Assembly (NCBI GenBank): GCA_951406725.2
Contig: OX597827.1
Span: forward strand, 55,428,001 to 55,492,000
DNA length: 64,000 bases
Direction of reading: 5' to 3'
DNA from: Octopus vulgaris
Taxonomy: Eukaryota
Part shown: in pieces, positions 49,401 to 61,466 of the stretch
Layout: each line of letters opens with the position of its first letter
Numbering within the stretch: position 1 is the first letter of the stretch
Notes under the pieces: generated by a model
Seen by the model: the letters and a program-made list of their open reading frames with translations, nothing else
What the model was told of the DNA's origin: nothing
The model's database searches: none
Program-made: the position numbers and the translations under genes

Positions 49401-52400
49401 AAAAAGGGCAGTTGGCTGTGAACAGAGCTTTGAGAAAACAGTTTCGACACAATTGGCTACATACAGACCTCCATGCTACTTGTAACATTCCCAAGGGATG
49501 GGACTCATCCTCCCTGGAAGATCCCATACAGAGTGTGCAATGGTATTTTTTCCAGGCAGTCTCCATGCATTCCTTGCTGCAGTAAACAACCTGTGTGATA
49601 GCCAAAAACACACACACACCTGAACAAGTGGCATGTAGCATAAGCAACTTCAAATTTAAATCAAACAAGCTTACATGAAACCAAATTAATTCACAAATCA
49701 ATTAATAACAGGCAATCAGTACGTATGAATAATGTAATCACAGTATTTTGATCAATTTTATAAAAATGTGTGAGAAGTTTGAACAAGCATTTACCAAAAT
49801 CTTCACTAAAATTCATATTTAATATTTTCATTCTTAAATGGGTTTATGAGTACCTTGTTATCCTTACTTCAATAATATAGATTATCTTATATAATGGTGT
49901 GTAAACCAAGTAAAAACCAAGACATAAACAAAATTATTATGCAAACCACAGTGTAGGGTTCATAAAACAAGAACTGTCTTGAAAACTAAAGTTCTCTTAT
50001 ATAAGATGCTAAGAAATTTTTCCACATAGGTATGGTGCCTTAATTCTCCAATGTGTTAACTTGAAGAATGAAGAATTTAAATAGCTTCTCCACAGAGAGA
50101 CAAATGACCAGCATAAAATATGATCTTTTCTCCCTACAAATTTGTAATCCAAGTCCTACACAGTCTACCATTTCGCCCCTACTTAACCTTTTAGCATTCA
50201 GATTATTCTACCAAGTGTAATACTTATTTATTCACATTGTTTTGAATTTATCCTGCATTATCTTGTAGCTTTGATATTTCGATTATGTGACTATTTTTAG
50301 ACTAACATTGTTGGGTAGGTGTGAGAGGTTGGATCTGGCCAGTTTGAACATAAAACAAGAAGAATATTTTGGCTGGCTATGGCCTGTTTAAATGCTAAAG
50401 GGTTAAGGCTGGAAAATTTCACTAATTCTAAGCAATGATGGGAAAGGAAAATGAGTAATGACAAAGAAGTACATCCGTTAAAAACTAAACTATCTACTAA
50501 TGATGACATTATACATCAAACATACAACCATCAACAAATGAAGAGGTACACACAGGGGTAAAATGTCTGATGGAACAATACTAAGGAATTTTACTCTACT
50601 GGACCACCATAGCCATTTGCTATTTTAAAAAATTCTATTATATTTTTATAATCAAATATTATTAGAAATTGTATTTAAAAATTTGTTAAAATATTTCGTG
50701 CATTGTAGAAATATAACCAATTCATTTTTTATATGGACCCTGCCCCAACCGAGGGTCATATGGATTCTGGTTGAGAATGACTGGTATATAGGACATTTAC
50801 GTCATAAAACAAAAATGTTATGGTCCAATGGGTTGTGTAAGTTTATCTAGAGATGGGAGAGGAGCAGTGTCAATGACCTTGACAGAACTTCTTATGCTGC
50901 TGAGATTGATACGCAGTCTGAACTCTTGTAGGTCAATATCCACAGGAAAAACGTCACGCGTATGTTTGATGTACACACAAACACATGTTAAATCTAGTAA
51001 CCTATATGCCTAAGGCAACAGTTCTTAGCTCTAGGCAAAAATTAATTAACAACAAGATTAATATAATAAGTAATCATTACATTAAAGAGAAAATATTATG
51101 TGAGATTTTACAGATTTTTATCGCAATTAACCTTACAAAGGACTAGACAGATTTTCCCGTTATTAACTTCAAAATAAAATACATACATGATATAAAAAAT
51201 ATAAAGGAGTAAATGTAAGACATTATATAAATTTAATGATATCATGGTTAGAAGTTTATTTTGAATTCTATGGAATGGTGTTGTGATCCTCTTAGAACAA
51301 TATGGTATATTGTCTCCTGTGTGAATATGCATAATTCCTATCATTAAAACATTGTCATTCTGCTTTTGTTCCTATAAATCTAATTACTTTCATGATTTTA
51401 GTGCCTCACTTGGTTTTGATAGACAACTTAGTTCATCCAATTAACCTAATTTTCTACCGAGGAACTGATAAATCTAAACACCTGTTAGCATTATTTCTCC
51501 TCATTCCAATTAATAAAAGGAAAGAGGCCTCTACATAGTCACTCAACCTGCTAAAAATTGCAACCAAATCTCTCACCACTGTCTTTAAAAATTAAGGTGC
51601 GTGGCTTAGTGGCTAGGGTATTCAGCTCGCAATCATGAGGTCATGAGTTCAATTCTCGGTGACGTATTGTGTCCTTGAGCAAGATGCTTTATTTCACGTT
51701 ACTCCAGTCCACTCAACTGGCAAAAATTAGTAGTACCTATATTTCAAAAGGGCCAGCCTTGTCACATTTCTGTGTCACACTGAAGTTCCCAGTGAACTAT
51801 GTTAAGGGTATGCGTGTCTGTGGAGTGCTCAGCCACTTGCACGTTAATTTCACAAGCAAGCTGTTCCGTTGATTGGATCAACTGGAACCCTTGCTGTTGT
51901 AACTGACGGTGTACCAGTTATACTGAATAATGTACTCCTGTACATACACTCTGAAATCAAGATGAGTTAGTCACAACTGGAACAATTTCGAACACAGGCC
52001 CGATCAGCCCTAGGGCTAACCTGAGCAAAACAACAAGATGTGGTTTCTTTGTTGTGTAGAAGTCTCATCTAAAAAGTTTATACTGAGGTATTCCTAAGGA
52101 ATACCTCAGTACGAAATGAATTTCTATCCCAAAATACATATGGATATCTCCATAAGCTGCAGAGGATGCAATCCACATAGGAGAGCAGCAGACAGAATTA
52201 AAATTATACAAATGGGAGAGGGCTCTCAATCTTTTGCAAGATAAATTCTCTAGTGTTGGTGACACAATCACTTTCTCACTGATTAGTATTACAAAAGTGC
52301 AACAATTCAGAAAATAACTTTCCAATTAATCATGAAGCGCACCATATCAATTTGTAATACCAACTGCATTAACAGATGTGATACCAGTCATGTCATTACT

Positions 52401-55400
52401 GAATGTAGTTTGCAATAATGTCAGGTGTGAGCACTTCTTGACTGACATCAAGAAATCTTGATGCCACCAGCATCAAATCTGTTCTTTTCAGACCCCATTC
52501 CATCAATATTAGCATAATGCCTAACACGATAAGGTTGAGATTTTAGAACATAAACAAATGGTTGTACATCATGTTCAAGTAATGAGGGAAAGTAGTGCTT
52601 CAGTCTTGCACATCAAAGGCAAGAAACATAAATTCAAAATTTTGAGAGTGTGTAGCAACTCTAGCATAGATAGTGTATTAAGTAATTAACAGCAACATTC
52701 TCATAATAGCTGACAACTTTAAGGACCACATTGTAAAATGACAGTATGAACAGTGGTAAACATAGAAGCTACAGTTAACCCTTTTAATACAAACAGCCCA
52801 AGACTGCCCATGGATCTATGATGCAAACTTATTAATATAAAGTGAATAAAATTAAAACCTTCCATAAAAATTTGGTATTAATCTATGTTCTAAACTCCAG
52901 TTTAATAATAACAAAGTTATTTTACTAAATTCTTCATTATTACCAAAATTAATTAAAACACAAACAGTGTATATTAATAGTAATTCAGTAATGAAAGGGT
53001 TAATGTACAAGAAATGAAGAGATGTCAATGTTCTTGCAGCTCTGACCTAACTATTTACTGCACAAACATCAGATACACAACTCATCAACTGATCACTAAA
53101 AGCAGGTTTGAGATCCAGGCTGATTTTGTACTGACCAGTAAGTCTGGATGATGATGTAAACACTAAATTTTCCTCTAATCAGAAATGTATGTCTCAGTAT
53201 AAATTAGTGTTTAGCAAGTTTAAACTGGAGATGAGACATATTTTGAAGCAACGGACAAGTCAAAATAAGAAGGTAATAAAGTTCTCAAAGACCTTCCTGT
53301 TAGCTAACATTTCCCCCCCAAAAAAAATGATTGGGGATATAAACTAGAGAATTATAACCAAGGATGATTTGATATCCCTAAAGAGTAATCAACTGTATGC
53401 TACAGACTACTTCTATGAATAGAGCAAGGTCCCCAAGTTAGGCAGCAAGTAAACATAGTGAAATAATAATGGCTAGGGCTATAAGAGCTCAATGAAAGGT
53501 CTGCAAGGAATAGATGAAAGGGAGTAGGAATGCATGATATCAATATATTATACAAGGTGCCAAGTCTTTCAAGCCAGGAAGAAACCTGAGGACAGGAGAT
53601 TCACTTATGTTCTAATAGGAAGGATTAAATGTTTTCTAGTTACTAGGTTAACCATCAGCAAAATGCTATCTCCAATAACAAGGGTCTTATCTTTGTCAAC
53701 CACTACAAAGGGAAGAGAAAAACTAGAAGGGCAATTACAGAAGCCTCAAATTAATGAATCAAACCTAGTAATTAGCTGAGAAAGTTTTAACAAAGTTTGG
53801 AATAAAGTGGCTAAACTCTATTAATATCATGTATGCTTGTACATACTTAGTGAATAACAATTATATTTTGCATTTGACAATCAAAAGAAGGTGTTTAATT
53901 AAGCTACTTAGTCTTTTGTCTGCTGAGTACTAAGGAAACTAGGTACAGGTAAATGACTTATGTGAGTGCACGCATAAGTGGGGAAGTGGGGCATAATGGG
54001 TCTTTTGTCAGATTTTCATTAATATCTACCAGCTTTAGGATGTACTGCAGATTTGGACTTTTTGTACTAGAGATATATTCAGAGTATCTTCTTTGCCCAT
54101 GTTATGTTGGATAAAGGAATTAACCTTGGAAACACTGAAATTCAAAAGTGGGGCATAATGAGTCACTTGTCAGTTTGTGAGGGTGGAACATAATGGGTTA
54201 CTTAAAAATATAGCACATAGGTTTCTATAAATAGAAGAAAAGACAAATTAAAGAAGTCAAATATGTGCCAGTATCTGAAAGTGTTTTGGCAGCGTTGTTT
54301 CATGTAACTGTTGATATTTATACAGGATAAATGAACAGAAGGTGATTGTATTGTTATCTCAAGAGGAAAAGAGAAGAGTGTGCAGCAAAAAATGCACTAA
54401 CGAAGCAACTAAAGTCTAAAAATGAGAAAATGGAAGGAGGGTCACTTGCTCCAAAATGGCAGAAAACAGCTAGTGCAAAGTGTGGCAACAGTGATGGTAA
54501 CCATCACTAGTGCAGATGATTTGGAGGAAGAGGATGCTGAGAGCTCCGTCTGCAAAAGATTCTGGAACAGATACAAAGGCAGGAAGAATGAAGTTTGGCT
54601 GCTGTGTGACCTTTGTTATGATGTCTGCTCTAAGCAGATTCTACAGGGAACAGATGTTAACCAAGATTTCGTCTGCAAGAAGTATACAGCTTTATCTGAA
54701 CTCTGTGTGCCAAATGGAGGACTTTATTATGATCATTGTTCAGTAAACATGGTTGTTATTTTAAAATTTTGATGAAGATTGAGGGACATTCGGATGTCTC
54801 TCATATGATTCTTTATTGATTGTTTCCAACATTCACCCACAATTTGTCATATTTTTTATCCAAATACTACTCTGCATTTCACTCTATATGCAGATAACCC
54901 ATTATGCCCCACCAAATATTGAAATTTCTGGTTTTTACTGTAGTTTAAATATAACTATGTATTTATGATGAGTATTCAAAATTGCCTCATAATCCTTCAG
55001 AAGTGCTTATCAGAATCATGATGCACTTTTTGACTTTATAAATCCATGTTAACTGTTACATATTGGATTTTATTTCACAGTGTTTTCAAAATTTTGGAAA
55101 GAAATTGACCCATTCTGCCCCACCCCACCATACACCCTGTAGCAAGTTTACTGTCTGCAATGAATTTAGTGAAGAATTTAGCATTCAGACTACCTTTTTC
55201 TAATTTGAGTTAATGGAAGTTGCAACATGTTAAACCAATTCTTTTAGAACTTATATAAATTAGAGAGTTAGAGAAAAATGTTCCAAACATAAGAGTTCAA
55301 ATACTTAAATGGTTAATCATTAAGAGAAAAAACAATGACCAAGACTTATCTAGAAAGGGGCTTTGCCTGATGTGGCAAAAATAAATAGGAACACAATGGC

Positions 55401-58007
55401 AAGAGTATCGATAATTGATAGACTTATAAGGAATTATAACTTCAGATGTAATATGTGTACATTAGAAGTTAGTAGTAGTAGGAGCACACCCATGCAATGA
55501 AAAATCACAAACCTTTCAGACACTCCTTAAACACAGTTCTTACCTAGGTAAATTAATGAGTGCAGAGGATAAACGTAACAAAATCACACTACTTTGGGTG
55601 AGTAAAGGGAGGAGAAAAGATTATGTAGTTATTGCTTCTGTTGGCAACAAAGAATTCCTCTCTTCATGCAAAAGACACACTGCATTACAAGTAAAACATA
55701 CGGTGCTGCACAAGTGTTGATATCGAGTATGGAATGATCAACACAGGCTGGAGAGAATTTGAGTTTGATAGTTTGATCTATTGGAGGTTTAACCCTTTAG
55801 CATTCAGATTATCCTGTCAAATGTAATGATTATCTATTCACATTGTTTGGAATTAATCATGCATTATCTTAGAGCTTCAACGTTTTGATGATGTGATTCT
55901 TTATTTTTAGAATGACATTGTAAGACAGGTGTGAGAAGCTAGATCTGGCCTGTTTGGATATAAAACATTTGAACCAGATATGGCTAGTTGAAACGCTAAA
56001 GGGTTAACATTAACCTGTACAAGTTAGCTGAGAGATTAGTTACACATCAAACGTATCAGCTGACGTTTGCAGTTGATTGATTGGTTAGTAGTTGCAAAAG
56101 TATCTAACTGTAAAAAGTCACTCCAACAACAAAAACCATCCCGCTTACACAAACATGGAAAAATGGCTGTAAAATAATAATTAAAAATGTCTTGTACTTT
56201 TCTTTAGAGTTAACAGTATAAAAGACTTTGTCATACATCTATGAGTTGACACTCTACTTTACAATGACTAATGTGAAACCCATTTTATTCTATATTTCAT
56301 ATCCAAAGCAGAAATACTTCAAAATTATTCAAAACAAATCTTTCTTATTATGAACATATGCTGTTAAACAATGAAAATGTTTAGATAAATATTTATGCGA
56401 CAGATAAGACCCTGATTATACATAAAGAGGCTAATTAAACAGCTTAGAAAGAACTAAACCTAAAATAAGGTGGAGATAATTCCTAATTAATCACACTGTG
56501 ATGATTAATTTCCAACTTAATACCCAGTGGTTAAAACTTCTAGGAAAGTTCTCTACCAAATTGATGAATAAGTCATAAAACATCTTAAAGCTGAAGCAAT
56601 GCATAAATTTATAATTCCTGTCTGTTTTTTTTCATTATTGAGTAAAAGATGACTTTTGGAATCACATACATGCTTCCTTTACAGAAAGATAGACTGAAGT
56701 GGTTCCCCATCATAAACAACATCAAGCATAAAAATATTGTTGGGTCTGATAGCAATTCCCAACAGATAAGTAAAATGGAAGCACAGATTCCTGCATCCTC
56801 TCAAAAAACACAAGAAAATAATTGCTGTAAATTCTGATTTCACAATACATATTTATATCACATAGTCATATCAGAATTTGAGACAAATGTCTGTTGTAAA
56901 ATATCAATTTAATAACCTGGGCCCCCTATCAACACTATATTTCTGTATAATGCTTCCCTTTAATTATGTGTGTTTGCATGTGCATGTTTTTTTAAACATA
57001 TCTATTGATATATATATATAATTTACACACAGTTATACTCTTTGAGAAACTAACATATGCTTTCAACTAGAAGTGAGAATAGCATTAAACCATTAAACTT
57101 GAAAATAAAGTGCTTAATGTCAAACTTGATTACTTCAATTTGTATTTCTACATTATTCAGAAATACCTGCAATACACCTGTTTAAAAATATTCTTACAAA
57201 AAAAATCAAGATTTTGATAATTATCATTATTAAATCTTCAGATTTAATGTGTTTTTTAAAAAATTATACAACATAAACATTAATAAGATATACATACATA
57301 TATATACATACATACATACATACGTGTGTGTGTGCATGTATGTATATATATATATATAAATCACTTACAATTTAAAATTTTAAATTCTTGAAAATATTTA
57401 GAGTGAACTTATTCTACAGTGATTTAAGAAAGGGTTTTGTAAGGTGTTGCTTTCTCCAACCTATAGGATTTAAAGCTCAGCACTAACAAAATTGCTCCCT
57501 ACTGTTCTACAGAAAGGTGGATAAAGTGACTGAAAGAGTGCTAGGATACAAACTGATTATTTCTAGGTTGATAAGCCTCCATCCTATTGATATGAACAGT
57601 AACAGCCTTATATAATTCAATTTACATGAAACAACAAAGTGTATCTAATCTATACGAAATACACACCAAAAAGTTTACTTTAATTTTATGAGGTAATAGG
57701 TAAATATTTCAAGAAGTTTCTAGAGATGAATAAATTTAACGAGAAAAGCTGCTTTTACCTGACAATGTGGACAGCAGATATATTGATCTGGTCTTACTGT
57801 GCAATTCTGCTTTTGGGGCAATTCCAAGGTGGAAATAGAGGTAAGGCGCCTGGCCATATTTTCAGCAGTCTCCAAAGACTTGAGGCAGAACTCACAAGCC
57901 TCATATTTGTAGAATTCATTCCATAAAAACTGGGAGCATACCAAAGGAACTTCTTCAAAAATCTGGTCCCCTTTCTTGAATGCTTGGCATGCAAATAATC
58001 CTTTGCC
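37332..58007 (-). CDS. SMYD5: SET and MYND domain lysine methyltransferase SMYD5, gene span of the 11 resolved coding exons; 375 aa plus an unresolved first exon
   Basis: GKGLFA..., split MYND cysteines, [29 protein letters not shown], post-[13 protein letters not shown] and acidic tail; all phases join and the sequence aligns by eye with human SMYD5. Confidence 0.96.
37522..37734 (+). mobile_element. piggyBac-like MITE (family A)
   Basis: ttaaccgtttagcat...aatgctaaagggttaa. Confidence 0.75.
38390..38672 (-). mobile_element. CORE-like SINE
   Basis: Reverse complement of the 15995/51596 family. Confidence 0.6.
39212..39578 (+). mobile_element. OR2-like CORE SINE
   Basis: gcatggcatgtggtaagaagc...gggcaagtgtcttc...aatgactgaaacaagtaaaagataaaaga tail. 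Confidence 0.7.
39698..39768 (-). CDS. SMYD5: SMYD5 exon
   Basis: cttcag|GAG...AG|gtacct; [24 protein letters not shown]; 71 nt. Confidence 0.95.
40250..40420 (-). mobile_element. OR2-like SINE 5' half
   Basis: Reverse complement of the 39212 family head (aacacttgccca...gggactgaaccc...ttgggaagcaag). Confidence 0.65.
41352..41446 (-). CDS. SMYD5: SMYD5 exon (NHSC motif)
   Basis: acacag|GT...GAG|gtgaga; [32 protein letters not shown]; 95 nt. Confidence 0.96.
42248..42304 (-). CDS. SMYD5: SMYD5 exon
   Basis: ttgtag|AA...T|gtaagt; [19 protein letters not shown]; 57 nt. Confidence 0.95.
42340..42662 (-). mobile_element. Young tRNA-derived SINE (4155-type head, third tail type)
   Basis: Reverse complement ggaggcgcaatagcccagtgg...tgatggactggcgtcccgtccag...aaataaaaaa; CpGs retained. 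Confidence 0.8.
43061..43167 (-). CDS. SMYD5: SMYD5 exon
   Basis: tcttag|T...G|gtatgt; [35 protein letters not shown]; 107 nt. Confidence 0.95.
44130..44420 (-). mobile_element. RTE LINE 3' ORF remnant
   Basis: [45 protein letters not shown] resembles RTE C-termini (GRPxxSW..W..V.AA.RC.G.C). Confidence 0.55.
44586..44656 (-). CDS. SMYD5: SMYD5 exon
   Basis: ttccag|TGG...AG|gtaaa; [24 protein letters not shown]; 71 nt. Confidence 0.96.
45545..45607 (-). CDS. SMYD5: SMYD5 exon
   Basis: atgcag|GAG...CAG|gtatgt; [21 protein letters not shown]; 63 nt. Confidence 0.93.
45760..46320 (-). mobile_element. CR1/Jockey-like LINE 3' remnant
   Basis: Minus strand [17 protein letters not shown] matches the post-RT LY....P.LEY..P.W motif. 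Confidence 0.6.
46620..46800 (+). mobile_element. RTE reverse-transcriptase fragment
   Basis: [33 protein letters not shown] corresponds to the RT motif GVxQGxxLSPLLF. Confidence 0.6.
46881..46985 (-). CDS. SMYD5: SMYD5 exon
   Basis: atacag|TCT...AAA|gtaaat; [35 protein letters not shown]; 105 nt. Confidence 0.95.
47063..47412. mobile_element. Tigger/pogo-like MITE
   Basis: TIRs cagttatacctcaactta / taagttgaggtaagcctg followed by TA. Confidence 0.6.
47451..48790 (-). mobile_element. Decayed L1/Tx1-like LINE
   Basis: Minus-strand SVYVDV (YADD-like) near 48700, Cys-rich CLRCVE..ETM(S)HV near the 3' part and an aataaaa end; many stops. Confidence 0.45.
49289..49358 (-). CDS. SMYD5: SMYD5 exon ending in a GC donor
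   Basis: ttttag|G AAC...CAG|gcaagt; (R)[23 protein letters not shown]; 70 nt. Confidence 0.93.
49469..49590 (-). CDS. SMYD5: SMYD5 exon (MYND second half)
   Basis: acacag|GTT...AG|gtctgt; [41 protein letters not shown]; 122 nt. Confidence 0.95.
50183..50406 (+). mobile_element. piggyBac-like MITE (family A)
   Basis: ttaaccttttagcattcagatt...aatgctaaagggttaa. Confidence 0.8.
51596..51915 (+). mobile_element. tRNA-derived CORE-like SINE
   Basis: gtggcttagtggctagg, gagttcaattc, gtgtccttgagcaagatgctt and the shared 3' module; another copy at 58578-58830. Confidence 0.75.
52775..53003. mobile_element. piggyBac-like MITE (family B)
   Basis: TTAA|CCCTTT ... AAAGGG|TTAA ends; interior unrelated to family A; partial relative near 12010-12075. 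Confidence 0.7.
53977..55130 (+). mobile_element. Internally deleted pogo/Tc-mariner-type DNA transposon with a PHD-like C-terminal remnant
   Basis: TIR gtggggcataatgggtc / gacccattctgccccacc with TA flanks; subterminal gtggggcataatg repeats at ~54148, ~54184 and ~54898; ORF 54422-54772 has [23 protein letters not shown]. Confidence 0.6.
55789..56007 (+). mobile_element. piggyBac-like MITE (family A)
   Basis: ttaaccctttagcattcagatt...gctaaagggttaa. Confidence 0.8.
57759..58007 (-). CDS. SMYD5: SMYD5 exon (SET N-terminus and MYND first half)
   Basis: tttcag|GGC...CAG|gtaaaa; [56 protein letters not shown]...ICCPHCQ; 249 nt. Confidence 0.96.
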
Positions 58008-58851
58008 CTGAAAAAGAAATAGAAAGACTTATTATTTCACACTTGATGTTCTTGTTGTTTAACCTGAAGTCAACACTGATTGAGCCAACATGTGATTAAC
58101 CCTTTAGCGTTCAAATGTAATGTTTGTTTATTCACGTTGTTTTGAATTTATCTTGCATTATCTTGTAGCCTTGAGATTTTGAATATATGATTATATTTTT
58201 TAGACTAACACTGTGGGGTAGGTGTGAGAGGCTGGATCTGGCTAGTTTGAACTTGAATAGGAAGAATATTTTGGCTGGACATGGCTGGTCAAAAGCATTT
58301 CAGCCATGAATTTGTACATTTAATACATTGTCTAATGCACCCATTCTTTTAAAGATGATAGGGTGTGATTCAAGGGAGGCTTGACAGTCATTTCAAGTAA
58401 GTTAAGCAATAAAGTAGAGGGTCCCTTGACAGCTCATTCATCACCTGGTTGATATTGTAGGCAAATTCACTTCCTGAGGAGTGTTATAAGATATGATTTT
58501 TCTTCTGTAGGACATGAAGATAAAATCTCAAAAAGGATTATGTAATTCTTCCGAATGTAATCAAATGGGAGCAAAGCCATGTGGCTTAGTTGTGAGGGGT
58601 ATTCAGCTAACAATTGTATGGTCATGAGTTTGATTCCTTTTGAACAAGACACTTTATTTCATGTTGCTCCAGTCCACTCAGCTGTCAAAAATGAGTTGCA
58701 CCTGTATTTCAAAGGATCTGCCTTGTCACATTCTGTGTCATGGTGAATCTCCCTAAGAACTGTTATGGGCACGCATGCCTGTGGAGTGCTCAGCTGCTTG
58801 CGCATTAATTCCACAAGCAAGCTGTACCATTCATCAGATCATTACCTAAAA

Positions 58852-59055
58852 GTGCTCCGGGAGCTGTGGAAGGTGTTGTGAGTACTGTGGCAAAATGAGA
58901 TAATACCACCAGAATGGTGCATCGCAGAAGGCATTTATGTCCCCAAGGAGAAGGATTCTAAGACGTTGAATCAGTTCAGGCTGATATCACTGCTAAATGT
59001 CAAGGGCAAGATTTTCTTTGGTGTCATGGCGAAACAACTGACAGACTTCGTATTA
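58852..59055 (+). pseudogene. Non-LTR retrotransposon RT fragment (Hero/NeSL-like)
   Basis: LWKVL*VLWQNEIIPPEWCIAEGIYVPKEKDSKTLNQFRLISLLNVKGKIFFGVMAKQLTDF covers RT domains 1-2 (IPK..FRPISLLN..KIF). Confidence 0.75.
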
Positions 59056-59149
59056 CTGTGAGGATTAGCATGATTTGGCAGAATGGGTAGTTTTAGATAC
59101 TGAATATTAGCAGTAGTAACTGGAAAACCTAATGTTGCTGACCAGTTAA

Positions 59150-60790
59150 AAACAGTGCTACAAGAGACCACGAGACCAAGTGGTAGCTCTACAAGAGATT
59201 TGGCTGATATCATCAGTCAGATAATCCATATTTAGCAAGATGTGCTTGAGGAAGAATACTTCAGATCTGGTTATTCAGTTGACACTAACTGAGCTGTTCA
59301 ATCTTGGTCATGTTCTGGCCAGCATAAATCAGATAATGTACATCCTACACGAAATTTCATTACATTATTCTTGTAATGAATCAGTTGCCCAACCTCATAA
59401 AAGGTTTACTAATATTCTGGCAAGTAATATTTCAGCTGACAAAACTTGTCTACATTAGGTGCACCATATTTACGCTATGATGACTAACAAGAACCTTCAG
59501 CAAACACTCATCAAACTCTCCAACTGATGGATTTATAATCTTTTAATGCAGACTTAATTGTCCACCCAATTCTGCTGCACCATTAAATTTTGGTTTGTAG
59601 GTGGGACTTTTAATTTTCTTGCAATAAATTTGGTTGGATCACTCCTTTAACTGAATGAAGTTTGGTATATTGTCTAACATCACTGCCACTGGAAAGCCAA
59701 ATCTAGATAGGAAATAGGCATTTGCTTATGTTTTTTTTAGCTGGGGCATAAAATACCTTCAAGATCAACACACTCCCAGCATCTTCATTGTATCTCCTGT
59801 TCATATGCAACTTTTCTCAAAGCTGTGATTTGTGCCACTTATCAGTACAAAAAATAAGTTTTAAATCTCATTTTAACATAGTCATCTGACAAACTCCTTT
59901 TTCAAAAACACTGGTCTAATTCTACTGATAAGATTCTTTAAGCTAACATAATGAGTGCATATGTTAAAATGATTTTTGATGTCTTCAGCTATATAAGCTA
60001 AAATTAATTCGTCATTACCTATATCAGAATGTAAAGAGAACTGTACCATTACAAGAGCATGAATATGACTGACGATTTCAGCAGGCAAGTGAATGATTTT
60101 GAAACAATATTAATATGAGGGCCTAAGTAATTCACGGAGAGGCTCACTTGAAAACATCAAGATTTTTAATATATGATACCACTGTAGAGCAGTGGTTCCC
60201 AAAGTTTTTAGAGTCGCGACCCGCTATTTATCACACCAGTTTATGACGACCCACTTAACTCTACTGAACTATCTCAATAGACAGCAGTTAATCAAAGCTA
60301 ATGCGTAATTTTATAACTTTTTGCAACCCACTAAGATTCCGTTCGCGACCCATCTGTGGGTCGTGACTCATAGTTTGGGAACCCCCTCTGTAGAGGATTC
60401 ACATTCAATATCAGAATATTTCTCTAGAGTCCTGTCAAGTGTATAATCAAGATATGCTATGGGCCTTTCATTTTGAGACCTTATTTCTGCTACAGTAAAT
60501 TTAGCAACTTACTTAACTAAGTGTGAATCATAAGACGTTTTATCTTCTTAAGACGATGGCGATGTTTATCTCAATTTAGAGATAAACAATTTGGTTTCAT
60601 GTCCAACAGATCAATCATGCTACAACTAAATGATAAATGGACAGGAGGTTACTGAAGAAGCTGAAAAGTTGGTGATATTCTTGGATAGATTGAAACATTC
60701 TTGACAAACCTGAAAACAAAGAGTTGTTGCTGATAAGGAAGCATTAATGTAATCAGGGTGTAGTATGTGTGGGTGCTTGACTGTGTTATA
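59150..60790 (-). pseudogene. Possible decayed hAT (ZMYM1-like) transposase
   Basis: SLHSDIGNDELILAYIAEDIK resembles Y.S..IQNE.I...A..I; YGAPNV resembles YDGA.N; heavily interrupted. Confidence 0.35.
60190..60387. mobile_element. hAT (Charlie/Buster-like) MITE
   Basis: cagtggttcccaaa / tttgggaacccc ends; perfect 8-bp TSD ctgtagag at 60182-60189 and 60388-60395. Confidence 0.8.
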
Positions 60791-61466
60791 TGACCTGTCC
60801 AAAGCGATTAATAACAGAGAGATATTCTTCTACGTAGATAAAACGAAAATATTCAAAAACTTTTGCGAAAGAAGAGACTGAAGTCAAATACCACGGGACT
60901 TGAATGAGGCTGGGAATACAGTCAGAAATTTGGAGAGCCTTAGGCACAGAAAATAAAGACAAGCTATTGGGATTTGCAGCATTTGGGTGAGGTTTTACTT
61001 GGAGTACACATAAATCATATCTGGTACCTATATAAAGAGGACCTACATCAAAATGATAGAATATGTGCAACGAAGCGAAACAAAACTTGGTTCGATATTA
61101 AGAGAATCTTTCATTTGCAGAACGACTGAGGAAACTGGTTTTACATACACCGTTGCCTATAGAAAATCAAGCGTATACAGTATATAGTTTGAAGAGTATG
61201 AAAGAACCTACGACAAAGAAGCTCGTAAAATGTAAATAAAATACAAAGAGGCAACAAGTGCGACTAAACAAAAGGAAACATTCATTTTGAGAGTTGTGAA
61301 TACTGAGTACGGTCTCCAGTAAAATAAGATAAACTCAAAATCAGTGACGGAGTTTGAAAGTGGGATACAACTTTCATGGTAAAAAGATATCAACCCTAAG
61401 ACAAAAATCACATAACCACCGTGACCACCACCATATAACATTAATTTTTGTTATCTTTATGTTGGT

